NCBI GenBank assembly: GCA_965221775.1
Contig: CBDCSU010000005.1
Coordinates: forward strand, 64,001-128,000
Length of the DNA stretch: 64,000 nt
Reading direction: 5' to 3'
From: Candidatus Latescibacterota bacterium
GTDB lineage: Bacteria > Latescibacterota > UBA2968 > UBA8231
Shown here: piece after piece, positions 31,054 to 41,982 of the stretch
Position numbering within the stretch: position 1 is the stretch's first letter
How the letters are laid out: every line of letters begins with the position of its first letter
The notes under the pieces: model-generated
The model's database searches: none
Told to the model about the DNA's origin: nothing
What the model saw: only the letters and a program-made list of their open reading frames with translations
Program-made: the position numbers and the translations under genes

Positions 31054-34000
31054 CTGAAGAACAGGGTCCCCCCCACCTTGACCTCGCGGACCTTGCGCGT
31101 TCGGCCGTTGTGGGGCTCGCGGTTTTCGAGGCGGATCAGGCCGGTGCCCCGGAAGCTCTCGCTGAAGTTGTAGGTGCCGTCGAGGCGCACCTCCCAGCGG
31201 TCGGTGGAGTCGAAGGGCACCAGCTCCTGCTCGCCCGTGGCGTTCTCCCGGGCCTGGCTCTCCAAGGTGAGGGCGAGCTTGAGGTCGAGGTTGCTCTTGA
31301 GGGTGCCGATGAGGGGCAGCTTCCGCGGCCTCAGCTTGTAGCGGGTCTCGAGGTTGGTGGAGCGCCGCTCGTTCACCCCGCGGCCCCGCAGCGGCGGGAG
31401 CTCGTCGGGGGAGGCCTGGCCGGCGGAGACGTCGGCCAGCTCGTAGTTGACCGACTCGTCCCGGCTCCGGCGCATCTCCAGGCGCGTCGTCGGGCCGATC
31501 CGCCACTGCCCGGTCCACGAGACGTTCCACTCCCGCTTGGTGCTCTCCTCCATCAGGTTGGCGGGATCGAGGCTGCCCTCGGCCTGCTCGGTCCGCGTCG
31601 ACTGCATGCGCACGTTGACCTGGGCGCTGTTGAGGTAGCGCCGCAGCAGCGGCACCCGGTCGGCCCTCGACCAGGACACGGCGAGGCCGGGATAGGTCAG
31701 TGAGCGCTCGACGCGGAGCCGGTTCTGGCTGCTGCCCGAGCGCCACGACACCTGCTCCTTGAAGGTCGGCTTGACGCTGAAGCCGAGGGGCAGCCGCAGC
31801 CCCGAGCCCAGGTCGGTATTGGCCGAGCGGTTCCAGCTGTCCGTCCGCGTCAGCCCGACGGCGCGCTGCTCGACGAGGAGGCTGTCCCCGAAGCCGAGCT
31901 GGTAGGCCAGGGGCGGACGCTCCACCAGGTTGTAGTTGCGGGCGTCGGTGTTGCGCCGCCAGGTGTAGCTGAAGGGCTCGACGTACGACGACGAGAAGTG
32001 CAGGAACCGGCGCAGGAAGAAGGGTTGCCCGGGGCCTTCCTCCTCCCCCTCCTCCGACCGGCGGCGCGGTCCCGCCTTCGACCGCCGTCCCGGCGCGCCC
32101 ACGGCCTTGAGCAGGGCCGGCAGACGCAGGTTGACCCGCGTGGTGAAGGTGTTGCGCGAGGTGATGTCCAGGGTCCGCACCACCCGCAGCCGGCCGTCGA
32201 CGGTGTCGGTGAAGGCGGTCTGCCGGCTGCGGCGGGGGTCGCTGTCCTCCTGGTAGTTGGCCTGGAAGGTGATGTTGGGGTCCAGCCAGCTCACCCAGCG
32301 CAACTGCAGCCGCAGGTCGGCCTTCTGGTTGCGGCCCACCTCGCGGCCGAAGGCCAGCGACCGGGGCTCGTACTTCTTGCGCAGGTCGCGGTGGACCTGA
32401 AGGTTGTAGTCCGAGGTCAGGGAGCGCAGGGGATTGACCTTGGTGGCGTAGATCTCCTTCAGGGTGAAGAGCTCGTTGAAGGTCGTGTCGATCTGGGTCC
32501 TCTTCCAGGTCACGCTCTCCTGGCGGTTGACGTTCACCGAGTAGGTCGCCGTCGCCGGCAGGGGCGACAGCTCCGAGTTGCGCATCGACTTCGGCATGTA
32601 CTCGGGCAGCCATCCCAGGTACTTCCACTTCGGCTTGGGCAGGGGCATCTTGTAGCGGAACGAGGCGGTCTGCGCCTCGCGCGAGTCGAGGGGGGTCACG
32701 GGCGAGAGGCGGTCGTCGATGGAGCTCGACCAGCGCAGGTTCATCTGGTCGATGGTCCAGCGCGTCGCCCAGTGCTTGCCGGCCCGCTTGCTCACCGAGA
32801 CCTCGACGAAGCGCTTCACCTGCTCCGAGCGCATGGAGTCCTTCTCCGCCGCGGTGAGCTCCACGTCGGAGTTGGGGGCGAAGCGCGGCAGGCTCAGGCT
32901 GCGGCTCAAGGTGACCTTCACGGGCACCGAGAAGCCCCAACTCCCCGGCAGGAGCTTGTTCAGGTGCGTCGTCGTCGACAGGCCGGTCCTCATGTCGGAG
33001 CTCTTGCGCCCCGTGCTGGTGATGGTTCGGTAGTTCTCCGCCCGCCAGTCGACGGAGGCGTCGACGTCCATGAAGTCGGCCAGCTGGGTGTTGATGCGGG
33101 CGTAGGCGGCGGCGCCGGGATCGTTGCGGGCCTGGTCGAGGCGCAGCTCGTCGACGTACACGGCGCCGCTGAAGGAGCCGTCGGTGGAGCGGTTGCGCAG
33201 GCCCAGTCGCAGCTGCCGCACCTGCTGCATGGACGGGGTGCCGCTGACCCGGTAGACGGCCGCGGCCCCGTCGCGCACGCCGGGATCGACGACGACGGTG
33301 TCGATCTCGATCGCCTGCAGGCCGGTGGTGGTGTCGACGCGCCCCTCCAGCTCCCCCTTCAGCCGCGACATGAGCCTCAGGTCGATCTCCACCTCGTTGC
33401 GCTTGTCCCAGCCGGGGAAGAGGGGCGTCACGTACTCGTAGTAGTTGAGGTCGTCGCGCCCGAAGCGGAGGAACAGCTCCAGGTTGCTCGAGTCGGGCGG
33501 CACGACGTAGGCGGCGTTCGAGTCGCCGTGGGCGAACATGCGCAGACGGCGGTACTTGGTGTAGTCGGAGTTCCTCGTCAGCACCCTCGTGGCCGACGCC
33601 TCGTGGCCCGCCCCGAGGTTGACGAAGTCGAGGACCAGGGACTGCTCGCGCTCGCGCACACGGGAGGTGGTGGAGCGCTCGCCCTTGACTCCCGGCGGCG
33701 GCTTGTAGCTCAGGTTCTCGTCGGTGCCGATGACGGCGACCTCGAAGAGCTCCTCCTCGGTGACGTCGAAGGCATCCCGGTCGTAGCGGGAGACACCCTC
33801 CCCCTGCCATTCGTTGACGGCGATCTCCACGAGGGCGATGGCGACGCTGTCGGCCTCTCCCGGCCCGTTCCCGGTGGCGAAGAGGAGGCGGGCGTACTCG
33901 ATGCGGCTCGAGTCCGGGGATCCGATGCGCCGCACCGACTCGTCGTAGAGACGCAGCCGGAAGAGGCGCCAGCCGCGGCACTCGCCGTTGGTCTCGGGCT

Positions 34001-37000
34001 CGCTGCAGGTGCCCGGTTCGTGGCGGTCCCGGGCCAGGTCGATCTCGTACTGGTAGTAGTCGTTGCGCTGATTGAGGTTGCCGTCGCCGTTGAGGTCCTC
34101 CGTGTCGGGTTGCTCGCGCACCCGCCGGTTGCCCTCGGTGCCGTTGTAGCGCGTGTAGTTGTGGCGGTCCCGCGTGGAGTCGTAGTCCCAGTTGTCGCCC
34201 TCGGCGTCGCCGGGGTCGCGGCCGAGGGCGCGGATCAGGTCGCCGAAGCGGCTGCTCTTGTCGCTGAAGCTGAGCCCTTCCAGCTCCTCCGCCGTCACCT
34301 CCGTGTCCCGCGTCAGGTAGTAGTCGAGCTCCTCCTCGTCGGTGCGGCCGTCGATGCCGACGTCCTCTTCCTCCGACAGGGTGCCGTCGCCGATGGCCCG
34401 TCCCCGCAGGGGCAGGTCCTCGGTGTCGATGCGGCCGTTGGCGATCCAGTCCTCGCTGATGTCGCCGAGATGGAGCTGCAGGGAGCCGCTCTGTCCGCGC
34501 AGCCAGATGCCGACGAACTTCGACTGGGAGAAGTTGCGCACGCCGCTGAAGTTGGTCATCACCCCGCCCCAGGTCGTCACCCCCGCCCCTTCCGGGGGCG
34601 TCACCTTCAGGGTGAGGACGTCGGTCTGCTCGTTGCGCGCCTCCACCTGGTCCCGCTGGCCGGGCCAGATCGAGGTCCGCTGCACGCGGTCGTAGGGGTT
34701 GTACCAGAGCATCGGTCCGCGGTTCTCCAGGGCCAGGCCGCCCTCGACGGGGACGCTCGCCGGCGTCCACCGGGAATAGAACACGGGCAGCAGGGTGGAG
34801 TGCTCGGAGCCCTCGAAGTCGTCGATGAACGCCTTGCCCCGGGTGTTCAGGTTCGGCCGGCTCTGGGCGATCTCGGCCTGGATGGTCACCTTCGACGCCT
34901 GGGTCGTCGTCAGCAGCGGCAGGGCGTCGACGACGCGGGTCAGCAGCGGCGCCCGGAAGGTGGCTCGCACGTCCATGTCCCAGAGCACGGTGCGCGCCGG
35001 CTCGTTGCCGACCCGCACCCGCCGGTCGCCGCTCTGGTTGTTGTAGATGAGGGTGCCGCCCACGACCCCGTCGCCGCCGAGGAACTCGTACTCGGCGCGG
35101 GTGCCGAGGAGGGTCTTCTGCTGGCTCCCGAGGCCGATGATGTCCTGGCTCTCGAAGGTGATCTCCAGGTCGGCGGCCGGATCGGCGACCTGGTCGGCGG
35201 CGGCCCCCAGGAACTGCACCTCCCCCGTGTAGGTCACGGTGTAGTCCACGTTCTGGGTCAGCTGGCGGCCGTCGAGGCGGACCTCCACCGACTCGACGTC
35301 GATGCTGGTCAGCCTGCCCTGGGTCAGGTTGATGCGCTGCTCCGAGGAGCTGTTGATCACCTGGATGATGTAGCGGCTCGCCTCGACGTGGTCGCGGTGC
35401 TGCTCGGTGTCGTAGATCTCGGGGACCCGGGTCTCGAGGCCGTACTTCGGCAGCTGCGGATCGAAGGGCCGCTGGTCGGGCAGGATCAGCACCCCCAGGT
35501 CGTCCCGGAGGCCGTCGTAGTCGGCGTCGATGATCTGGTCCGGCGGCGTGCCGGCATCCTGCCCGTGCGTGTCGAGCCCCATGAGCCGCAGGAAGGAGCG
35601 TCCACCCTGGGTCGTCTCCGGCTCCTTGCCGGGCACCTCGCGCAGGATCTCCACCCGGATCCGCTGGCGGTCGAACTGGCGCCCCCGGGCGAAGCCCCGG
35701 ACGATGCGGTACACGTTCTTCCACTCCAGGTCCCACGTGGGGAAACCGGGGCGGGCGTCGCGAGCCTTGATCAGCTGCAGCTCCAGGGAATCGCGGTCGG
35801 CGGCGGCGGTGCCCACCTCGCGGCCCCCGAGGGTGCGGTAGGTCACGGCCAGGGCGTGGCGGTCCTGCACCGGCGTGCGCAGGGTGATGGAGCCGAGACC
35901 GCTGTCGAGGATGTAGTCGTTGTCGGGGTCGAGGCGGTGCCAGGTGCCGATCTCGCGATGGCCCGTCGAGTCGTTGGCGGCGTCGGCCAGGTCGGCCTGG
36001 GCCCGCCCCGGGCGCGACAGCTGCTCGGCGTCGTTGTTGACGTTGAAGTCGTTGACGTAGACCTGAAGGGTGCGCTCGTCGACGGGATCCTCGGGCTGGA
36101 AGTCGGCGGTGGAGACCTCGGCGTAGTCGGGCAGGCCCTCCTTGTAGACCCGGTCGAGATAGTAGAACTGGTTGCGCACGTACTCGTAGTCGCGGATCTC
36201 GGTGGTGTCGACCTGGGCGCCGCCGCGGAAGCTCTGGCGGTTGGACTCGCTCTTCTCGTGGCTGGCGATGGTGGTGAAGCCGAAGGGCCCCAGGCGCCCC
36301 TTGGCCCGGATCCCGAAGAGGCCCTTGTGCTGCTGGTTGAAGCCGACGAACCGCGTGTTCGGCAGGGAGAGGGTGGTGTTGCCCGCCTGCACCTCCTGGA
36401 AGATGTTGTCCTCGTCGCCCTTGTAATCGAGCTTGATCTGGTCGAGCTGGTCCTGCAGGTTCTGGCCGAAGGAGCTGGACAGGCCCCTGGTGTCCTGGTT
36501 GATGCGGATGTTGATCGCCTCCCCCACCTTGCCTTCCACCGAGAAGTCCGACTCCTGGTCCATGCTCAGGGCCGGGAACTTCGACGACCCTCCCGCCAGG
36601 GTCCGCACCTCGTTGGCCGTCCAGCTGCTCTTGCCGCCGATCGAGGCGGTGTGAGAGCCGTTGATGCGCAGCGATCCCTCGTCCCCGATGAACCGCCTCA
36701 CCACCGGCGGCGCCGGGATCGGCACCCTCCACTCCAGGCGCCCCCGCCGGCCTTCTCCGAGGCGGGATTCGCGGCGCATTCCCTCGCGCACCTTCTGCCG
36801 CCACTTCGTCCGGTAGAGGTGGCGGTTCCCCATTTCGAGATAGCGCTCCAGGGGCAGGGTGAGGGGCAGGCCGTCGTCGAACCCGGCCGACCGCGGCTGA
36901 TAGTGGGCCCCGGTGGAGTCGATGGTCACCTGCTTGCTGGTGAAGGAAGTGCGCGACTCCACCAGGGGCGTGGCCGGGGGCCGCGCGCGCAGCAGCGGCG

Positions 37001-37205
37001 ACCCGGCGCGGAAGGCGCCGTACTCCGCCGGATCGTGGAAGATCCGGTGGACGGGGGCCCGGGGCGGGGGCTCGAGGCCGATCCCCGACCGGGCCGGAAG
37101 AGGGGTGAGGACGAGAGCGCCCAGGAGCGCGCTCCCAAGGGCGAGGCGGGGGCCCGGGAAGGCACCGGGGGCCGGCCTCGGAATGGCGGGATCGGTTACG
37201 GGCAC
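31050..37205 (-). CDS. sprA: Cell surface protein SprA / T9SS outer-membrane translocon (about 2050 aa; start approximate)
   Basis: IKLDYKGDEDNIFQEVQAGN, GLFGIR, LEWKNVY, ESVEVRLDGRQL, AFIDDFEG, LGDISED, TEDLNGDG, EREQSL, DELRL; beta-strand-rich C-terminus ending FFR. Confidence 0.88.
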   Translation of the reverse strand: MPVTDPAIPRPAPGAFPGPRLALGSALLGALVLTPLPARSGIGLEPPPRAPVHRIFHDPAEYGAFRAGSPLLRARPPATPLVESRTSFTSKQVTIDSTGAHYQPRSAGFDDGLPLTLPLERYLEMGNRHLYRTKWRQKVREGMRRESRLGEGRRGRLEWRVPIPAPPVVRRFIGDEGSLRINGSHTASIGGKSSWTANEVRTLAGGSSKFPALSMDQESDFSVEGKVGEAINIRINQDTRGLSSSFGQNLQDQLDQIKLDYKGDEDNIFQEVQAGNTTLSLPNTRFVGFNQQHKGLFGIRAKGRLGPFGFTTIASHEKSESNRQSFRGGAQVDTTEIRDYEYVRNQFYYLDRVYKEGLPDYAEVSTADFQPEDPVDERTLQVYVNDFNVNNDAEQLSRPGRAQADLADAANDSTGHREIGTWHRLDPDNDYILDSGLGSITLRTPVQDRHALAVTYRTLGGREVGTAAADRDSLELQLIKARDARPGFPTWDLEWKNVYRIVRGFARGRQFDRQRIRVEILREVPGKEPETTQGGRSFLRLMGLDTHGQDAGTPPDQIIDADYDGLRDDLGVLILPDQRPFDPQLPKYGLETRVPEIYDTEQHRDHVEASRYIIQVINSSSEQRINLTQGRLTSIDVESVEVRLDGRQLTQNVDYTVTYTGEVQFLGAAADQVADPAADLEITFESQDIIGLGSQQKTLLGTRAEYEFLGGDGVVGGTLIYNNQSGDRRVRVGNEPARTVLWDMDVRATFRAPLLTRVVDALPLLTTTQASKVTIQAEIAQSRPNLNTRGKAFIDDFEGSEHSTLLPVFYSRWTPASVPVEGGLALENRGPMLWYNPYDRVQRTSIWPGQRDQVEARNEQTDVLTLKVTPPEGAGVTTWGGVMTNFSGVRNFSQSKFVGIWLRGQSGSLQLHLGDISEDWIANGRIDTEDLPLRGRAIGDGTLSEEEDVGIDGRTDEEELDYYLTRDTEVTAEELEGLSFSDKSSRFGDLIRALGRDPGDAEGDNWDYDSTRDRHNYTRYNGTEGNRRVREQPDTEDLNGDGNLNQRNDYYQYEIDLARDRHEPGTCSEPETNGECRGWRLFRLRLYDESVRRIGSPDSSRIEYARLLFATGNGPGEADSVAIALVEIAVNEWQGEGVSRYDRDAFDVTEEELFEVAVIGTDENLSYKPPPGVKGERSTTSRVREREQSLVLDFVNLGAGHEASATRVLTRNSDYTKYRRLRMFAHGDSNAAYVVPPDSSNLELFLRFGRDDLNYYEYVTPLFPGWDKRNEVEIDLRLMSRLKGELEGRVDTTTGLQAIEIDTVVVDPGVRDGAAAVYRVSGTPSMQQVRQLRLGLRNRSTDGSFSGAVYVDELRLDQARNDPGAAAYARINTQLADFMDVDASVDWRAENYRTITSTGRKSSDMRTGLSTTTHLNKLLPGSWGFSVPVKVTLSRSLSLPRFAPNSDVELTAAEKDSMRSEQVKRFVEVSVSKRAGKHWATRWTIDQMNLRWSSSIDDRLSPVTPLDSREAQTASFRYKMPLPKPKWKYLGWLPEYMPKSMRNSELSPLPATATYSVNVNRQESVTWKRTQIDTTFNELFTLKEIYATKVNPLRSLTSDYNLQVHRDLRKKYEPRSLAFGREVGRNQKADLRLQLRWVSWLDPNITFQANYQEDSDPRRSRQTAFTDTVDGRLRVVRTLDITSRNTFTTRVNLRLPALLKAVGAPGRRSKAGPRRRSEEGEEEGPGQPFFLRRFLHFSSSYVEPFSYTWRRNTDARNYNLVERPPLAYQLGFGDSLLVEQRAVGLTRTDSWNRSANTDLGSGLRLPLGFSVKPTFKEQVSWRSGSSQNRLRVERSLTYPGLAVSWSRADRVPLLRRYLNSAQVNVRMQSTRTEQAEGSLDPANLMEESTKREWNVSWTGQWRIGPTTRLEMRRSRDESVNYELADVSAGQASPDELPPLRGRGVNERRSTNLETRYKLRPRKLPLIGTLKSNLDLKLALTLESQARENATGEQELVPFDSTDRWEVRLDGTYNFSESFRGTGLIRLENREPHNGRTRKVREVKVGGTLFFR

Positions 37206-37640
37206 GGGCAGGCGGCGGGTCCCTTGCCTCCGGTGGCGGGAGGGGCAGGCCCCTCGAAGCGGGGTCGCCCGGCGGGCGGGTGCCGGGGAGGGCGCGGCAG
37301 CCCCCCGGGGAGCGCGGCCCCCCGCGGGGACCTCCGGCCGGGGGCCCTGGAGGCGGATCTGCGGGTCGGGGGACGGGACGGCGCCATAACCCTCTGGGAA
37401 CCTACGGGAGGGGCCGGGATCCGGCAATCGGAGAAGCCGCCGAGCCGGCGGACAGCGGCGCCCGCCGAAGCAAGCGAAAGCCGTTCCCGTCTCTCCGCCG
37501 CCGGAGCGGCGGCCGAGAGACGGCGCCCAGTGACGACCGGCGCACACACCGGCGGCACCCACGGCACCCGGAGCGGCCCTCCTCCTGGCCCCGGACGGAT
37601 CCTGTCGGCGGGTCTTTAGGCAGACCCGTCACGAGGCTCC

Positions 37641-38954
37641 TTGGTTTCCCTCTCCCGCCATCTGCTGCGCCGGCACCTGCAGGCCTTCGCCCTCGGCTTC
37701 GGCCTGATCGTCTTCGTCCTCGAGATCGACGTCATGCTGCAGCTGCTCGACCAGCTGCTGAGCAAAGGCATCGGCCCGGGCGTCGCCTTGGAGCTGTTCC
37801 TCCGCAACCTCGCCTGGATCGTCGCCCTGGCGGTGCCGATGGCGGTGCTGATCTCGGTGCTCATGGTCTTCGGCCGGATCGCCGCCGACAACGAGATCCT
37901 GGCCTGGAAGGCGGCGGGGGTGAGCTTCGGCCACCTCCTCGCCCCCGTCCTGCTCGCCGCCCTGGTGCTGACCCTGGCCATGGTGTGGTTCAACGACCGC
38001 GTCCTGCCCGACTCCAACCACCGGACCCGGGAGTTGACCACCAGTCTGCAGCGGCGCAAGGCGGCCCTGGTCCTCAAGAAGAAGGAGGGGGTCTTCATCC
38101 GCGATCTCGGCCCCTACAGCCTGCGGGTCGGCCGCGTCGACGGGGAGTCCAACCGCCTCCACGACATCACCCTCTTCGACGCCGGGAAGAGCGGTCCCCC
38201 GACGACGTTGCGCGCCGAGGCGGGGAGGCTGGAGATCTTCGGCGGCGGCGGATACGTGCGCCTCACCCTCGAGGACGGCGAGGTCCACCGCGTCGACTCC
38301 GCCGACCCCTCCCGGACGACCCGGGGGCGCTTCCGCCGCCAGGTGGTCCACATCCGCGACCGGGACCGGGAACTGTCCCCCTTCCGCTCCCCCTACCGCT
38401 CCGACCGCGAGATGGATGTGGCCGCCATGCTCGCCGCCGCCGATGCGGCGCGCCTCGACAACGCCCGCGCCCGCGCCGGCATCGACTCCACGGCCCTCGC
38501 CTTTCTGGCCCGGGCCCGTGACGAGACCACCGAAGTCACCCAGCTCCGGGACCAGGCCCGGCGCGCGGCCGCCTCGATCGGCCGGCAGTGGCGCCTGCAC
38601 GACAGCCGCCAGCGACGGGCCGACGCCTACCTCGTGGAGGTGCACAAGAAGTTCTCCATCCCCTTCGCCTGCGTCGTCTTCGTCCTCGTGGGCGCCCCCC
38701 TGGGGGCCCTCGTGCGGGTCCGCGGGGCCACCCTCTCCATCTCCCTGAGCCTGGTGTTCTTCTTCGCCTACTGGATCTTCCTGATCGGCGGCGAGCGCCT
38801 CGCCGACCGCGGCTTCGTCTCCCCCGGGGCGGCGATGTGGGCGCCGAACCTGTTCTTCGGCCTGCTGGGGCTGCTGCTGGTCCGCGCCCACGTCCTCGAC
38901 CGCCCCCTGCTCGGGCTGCGCGAGCGGCTGCGGCGCCCCACCGAGGCCTCGTGA
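37641..38954 (+). CDS. lptF: LPS export ABC permease, LptF/LptG family (LptF-like)
   Basis: LAVPMAVL, FGRIAADNEILAWKAAGVS, VEVHKKFSIPFAC, WAPN. Confidence 0.85.
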   Translation: MVSLSRHLLRRHLQAFALGFGLIVFVLEIDVMLQLLDQLLSKGIGPGVALELFLRNLAWIVALAVPMAVLISVLMVFGRIAADNEILAWKAAGVSFGHLLAPVLLAALVLTLAMVWFNDRVLPDSNHRTRELTTSLQRRKAALVLKKKEGVFIRDLGPYSLRVGRVDGESNRLHDITLFDAGKSGPPTTLRAEAGRLEIFGGGGYVRLTLEDGEVHRVDSADPSRTTRGRFRRQVVHIRDRDRELSPFRSPYRSDREMDVAAMLAAADAARLDNARARAGIDSTALAFLARARDETTEVTQLRDQARRAAASIGRQWRLHDSRQRRADAYLVEVHKKFSIPFACVVFVLVGAPLGALVRVRGATLSISLSLVFFFAYWIFLIGGERLADRGFVSPGAAMWAPNLFFGLLGLLLVRAHVLDRPLLGLRERLRRPTEAS

Positions 38955-40027
38955 CCCTCCTCGACCGCTACCTCCTGCGCCGCTTCCTCGCCTGTCTGGG
39001 ACTGAGCGCCGCGGGGATGTGGGGACTCGCCGCGGTGGTCGACCTCACCGAGAACATCGACACCTTCATCGACCACCGGGCCTCGCTCCTCCAGATCGCC
39101 CGCTACTACCTCTACCGCTCCCCCTACTGGATCCTGCTCACCCTTCCCGTCACCACACTCCTCGCCACCTTGTTCTGCCTTTCGGGCCTGGCTCGCCGCT
39201 CCGAGATCGCCGCCGCAAAGGCCGCCGGCATCGGTCTGCACCGCTTTCTCGCGCCTCTCTACGCGTTCTCCGTCGTCATGGCGGGAGCGACGCTGTTGTT
39301 CACCGATCTCGTCGTCCCCCCCGCAACCTGGCACTACAACAGCACCCGCGACGAGATCCGCTCGTACCGCCGCTCGGACGGCTCCCGGCGCCAGGTGCTG
39401 CTGCAGGACGTGGACGGCCAGTTCCTCTTCGCCCGCTCCTACGATCACCGCCGCCGGCGAGCCGAGGACGTCACCTGGGAAAGGACCCGTGGGAGCCGCA
39501 CCCTCGAGCGCGCCACGGGCCGCTCGGCCTCCTGGCGCCCCGGCGACGGCCGCTGGATGATGCACGAGGGCCACCGCCAGCTCTTCGAGGAGTCGGGGAC
39601 CGCCGCCGCTTTCTTCGACAGCCTGGCCCTGACCCGCCTGACCCTGCTGCCGGAGGACCTCGCTCGCCAGCAGAGGGAGCCGGAGGAGATGGACTTCTCC
39701 GAGCTGGCCGGGTACGTGCGCAGGGCCCGCGCCAACGGCGAGGACGTGACGCGGCTCCTCGTCGACCTGCACCTGAAGGTCTCCTTCCCCTTCACCTGCC
39801 TCGTCATCCTGCTCCTGGGGGCGCCTCTCGGGGCCGACGCCCGCCGCGGCGGCGGGGACCGCCACTTCGGGCTCGGCGTGCTGATCTGCTTCGCCTTCTA
39901 CGGATCGGTGAAGGCCGGCCAGGCCCTGGGGTGGAACGAGATTCTGGCGCCCTCGCTCGGCGCCTGGCTGGCCAACCTGGTCTACGGCGCGATGGCGGTC
40001 CTGCTGCTGCGCCGGGCCCACACCTGA
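38951..40027 (+). CDS. lptG: LPS export ABC permease, LptF/LptG family (LptG-like)
   Basis: GTGA overlap; LLDRYLLRRF, SEIAAAKAAGIG, PEEMDFSEL, KVSFPF, AWLAN. Confidence 0.85.
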   Translation: MTLLDRYLLRRFLACLGLSAAGMWGLAAVVDLTENIDTFIDHRASLLQIARYYLYRSPYWILLTLPVTTLLATLFCLSGLARRSEIAAAKAAGIGLHRFLAPLYAFSVVMAGATLLFTDLVVPPATWHYNSTRDEIRSYRRSDGSRRQVLLQDVDGQFLFARSYDHRRRRAEDVTWERTRGSRTLERATGRSASWRPGDGRWMMHEGHRQLFEESGTAAAFFDSLALTRLTLLPEDLARQQREPEEMDFSELAGYVRRARANGEDVTRLLVDLHLKVSFPFTCLVILLLGAPLGADARRGGGDRHFGLGVLICFAFYGSVKAGQALGWNEILAPSLGAWLANLVYGAMAVLLLRRAHT

Positions 40028-40044
40028 GGCGGTGACGCCCCCGG

Positions 40045-41157
40045 CTAAGTGAGCCCCTGCTGGAGATGGAAGATCTTCAGCTTGAGGGCGGGGGAGATGC
40101 CCTTCCACTTCTCGATGAGGTCGGAGGCCTGCGAACGGCTGTCCTCCCCGGAGATCTTGTCCCCGAGGCTCATCAGCAGCCTGGCCATGAGCTCGACCCG
40201 GTCCTCGGAGGCGCCCACGGTGAGCCGCTCCAGATCGTCCAGGACGTCGGCGCCGATCTTCTCGCGGGTGTTGCCCATCGCCTTCTCCAGAAAGGCGGCG
40301 TGGCGCCGGCCGAAGGCCTCGTCGGCGACGCTGCGGTTGACCAGGAAGCGGATCAGATCCGCCCCCGGCCGCTGCTGCAGCAACTCGGCCGCCAGGCGCG
40401 ACATCCGCCTCTCCTCCTGCTTGCGCCGCGACTCCCCGGGCTTCGCGTCCAGCGTCCAGGCGGTGCGGCCTCGCCCGTCCACGAGGAGATCGAAGACCGA
40501 GGGCTGCGGCAAGCGGGAGAGGACCTTTCCCAAGGCCTGATCGTCCGTCGAGGCCGACACGCGCAGCAGGTGGTCCACGGACCGGGGCGCGAGGTTGGGG
40601 TGCATGCCGGTGAGCTTGGCCGCCAGGATGCGGCCGGCCTCGGGGCCGGCACCCGCCAGAAGCGCGTCGAGCAGGGCCTCCAGCGTCTCGGGGTTGACCG
40701 GCAGACCCAGGGCCGCCTCCCGGACCACGGACGCGGCCGGGTGCCGCAGGAACTCCTGCACCACGTCCCGGTGCCGCAGCACCCAGACGAGGGACGCCGC
40801 CGCCGCCGGATCGGTCTCGGCGCGGGCCCAGCCGAGGACCCGCTGAACCGAGGAGCGGCTGAACAGCCACTGGCGGTGGAAGCCGAGGACCTGGATGGCC
40901 ACCAGCCGGCGGCAGTCGGCCGGGTCCTCGACGATCCGGCACAGGCGCTCGATCCCCTCTTCCGTGGGCACCAGGACTCGCAGGCGGGCCACGGCGCCCA
41001 TGCGCTCCCCGGGACTTCCGGCGCCGGCGGCGGCAGCGACCAGGGCCTCCAGGTCCGGATGGGACTCCTCGGCGGCCGGCTCCGGATGCTCCTGGTCCTG
41101 GGCGGACCCTTCCTCCCCGGGATCGCCGGGATGCAGGTGACGCACGTCGAAGACCAT
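40045..41157 (-). CDS. Hypothetical alpha-helical (HEAT-like) protein
   Basis: 370-aa ORF with host-like codon usage, starting 3 nt downstream of the preceding stop; amphipathic helices. Confidence 0.6.
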   Translation of the reverse strand: MVFDVRHLHPGDPGEEGSAQDQEHPEPAAEESHPDLEALVAAAAGAGSPGERMGAVARLRVLVPTEEGIERLCRIVEDPADCRRLVAIQVLGFHRQWLFSRSSVQRVLGWARAETDPAAAASLVWVLRHRDVVQEFLRHPAASVVREAALGLPVNPETLEALLDALLAGAGPEAGRILAAKLTGMHPNLAPRSVDHLLRVSASTDDQALGKVLSRLPQPSVFDLLVDGRGRTAWTLDAKPGESRRKQEERRMSRLAAELLQQRPGADLIRFLVNRSVADEAFGRRHAAFLEKAMGNTREKIGADVLDDLERLTVGASEDRVELMARLLMSLGDKISGEDSRSQASDLIEKWKGISPALKLKIFHLQQGLT

Positions 41158-41160
41158 GGC

Positions 41161-41982
41161 TCAGCGCCCCCGGGCGGCGGCAGGGTTGGCGCCGCCTCCC
41201 TGGAGGAAGAACTCCTTCAGGAACCCGTTGATCTGCTCCATGGCCAGGCGCGACCGCACCAGACCGTCCCGCCCGGGATCCTCGAGGAACTCCTCGATGG
41301 CGGCCAGCGGCTGGACCAGCCCCTCCCGGAGGCGGCCGTACAGCTCCTCCTGGGCCTCGGCCTGGATGTGGGAGACCTCCTCCAGCAACGACACGTCGCG
41401 CAGCAGGATGAGGACAGCCGTGCCCGACGGCAGCTCGCGGCGGTGGAGGGTGATCTCCAGCGCCGAAGGCTCGATGAGGGAGAAGGAGTGGGGCTCGCCG
41501 TTGTCCAGGGCGGCCACGGGATCGACTCCGGCGATCCTCTCGAAGGCCTTGCCATCGAGGTCGGCCAGGGGCACCCCGAGCATCTCCGCGGCACGGTGGT
41601 TGACCACCTCGGCGGCCCCGGAGGAGTGCAGCACGAGGAGGCCGAAGGGCAGGGCATCGAGGATTCCCGGATCGTCGAGGGGGCCGCCGGCGATCAACTC
41701 GGTGAGGGCGTGCGGGAATCCCCGGGCCGGGGCGGCGTCAACCTCGGCGGGTGCAAGGCCTTCGTTGGCGGGGACCTTCACTGCCGGGGCTTCGTCCGCA
41801 CCGGGCCTCAGGACGTAGCCGGCGCCGGCGGCCTCGAGGAAGCCGGCCTCGCGGAGACCGGCCAGGGCCGCCGCCGTGTCGGTCTCGGGTGAGCCGAGGC
41901 GAAGGCCGAGGGCCTTGACGTCGTCGTCCAGGAAGGGATTGCGCCGCCACTCCTCCAGCATGCGGCGCTTGAGGTCCGCCAT
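41161..41982 (-). CDS. Putative signalling protein: wHTH-like, PAS, degenerate HisKA-like helix
   Basis: WRRNPFLDDDVKALGLRLG...LREAGFLE (wHTH-like); ILDALPFGLLV...VNHRAAEMLG...ILLRDVS (PAS). Confidence 0.65.
   Translation of the reverse strand: MADLKRRMLEEWRRNPFLDDDVKALGLRLGSPETDTAAALAGLREAGFLEAAGAGYVLRPGADEAPAVKVPANEGLAPAEVDAAPARGFPHALTELIAGGPLDDPGILDALPFGLLVLHSSGAAEVVNHRAAEMLGVPLADLDGKAFERIAGVDPVAALDNGEPHSFSLIEPSALEITLHRRELPSGTAVLILLRDVSLLEEVSHIQAEAQEELYGRLREGLVQPLAAIEEFLEDPGRDGLVRSRLAMEQINGFLKEFFLQGGGANPAAARGR

Noticed and set aside
31998-37619. 1873-aa plus-strand ORF, plus the 2042-aa alternative-frame ORF and many other long overlapping ORFs
   Set aside because: These are antisense or off-frame shadows of real high-GC genes such as sprA. 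Only the last ~125 aa of the 2042-aa ORF (comEA) is real.
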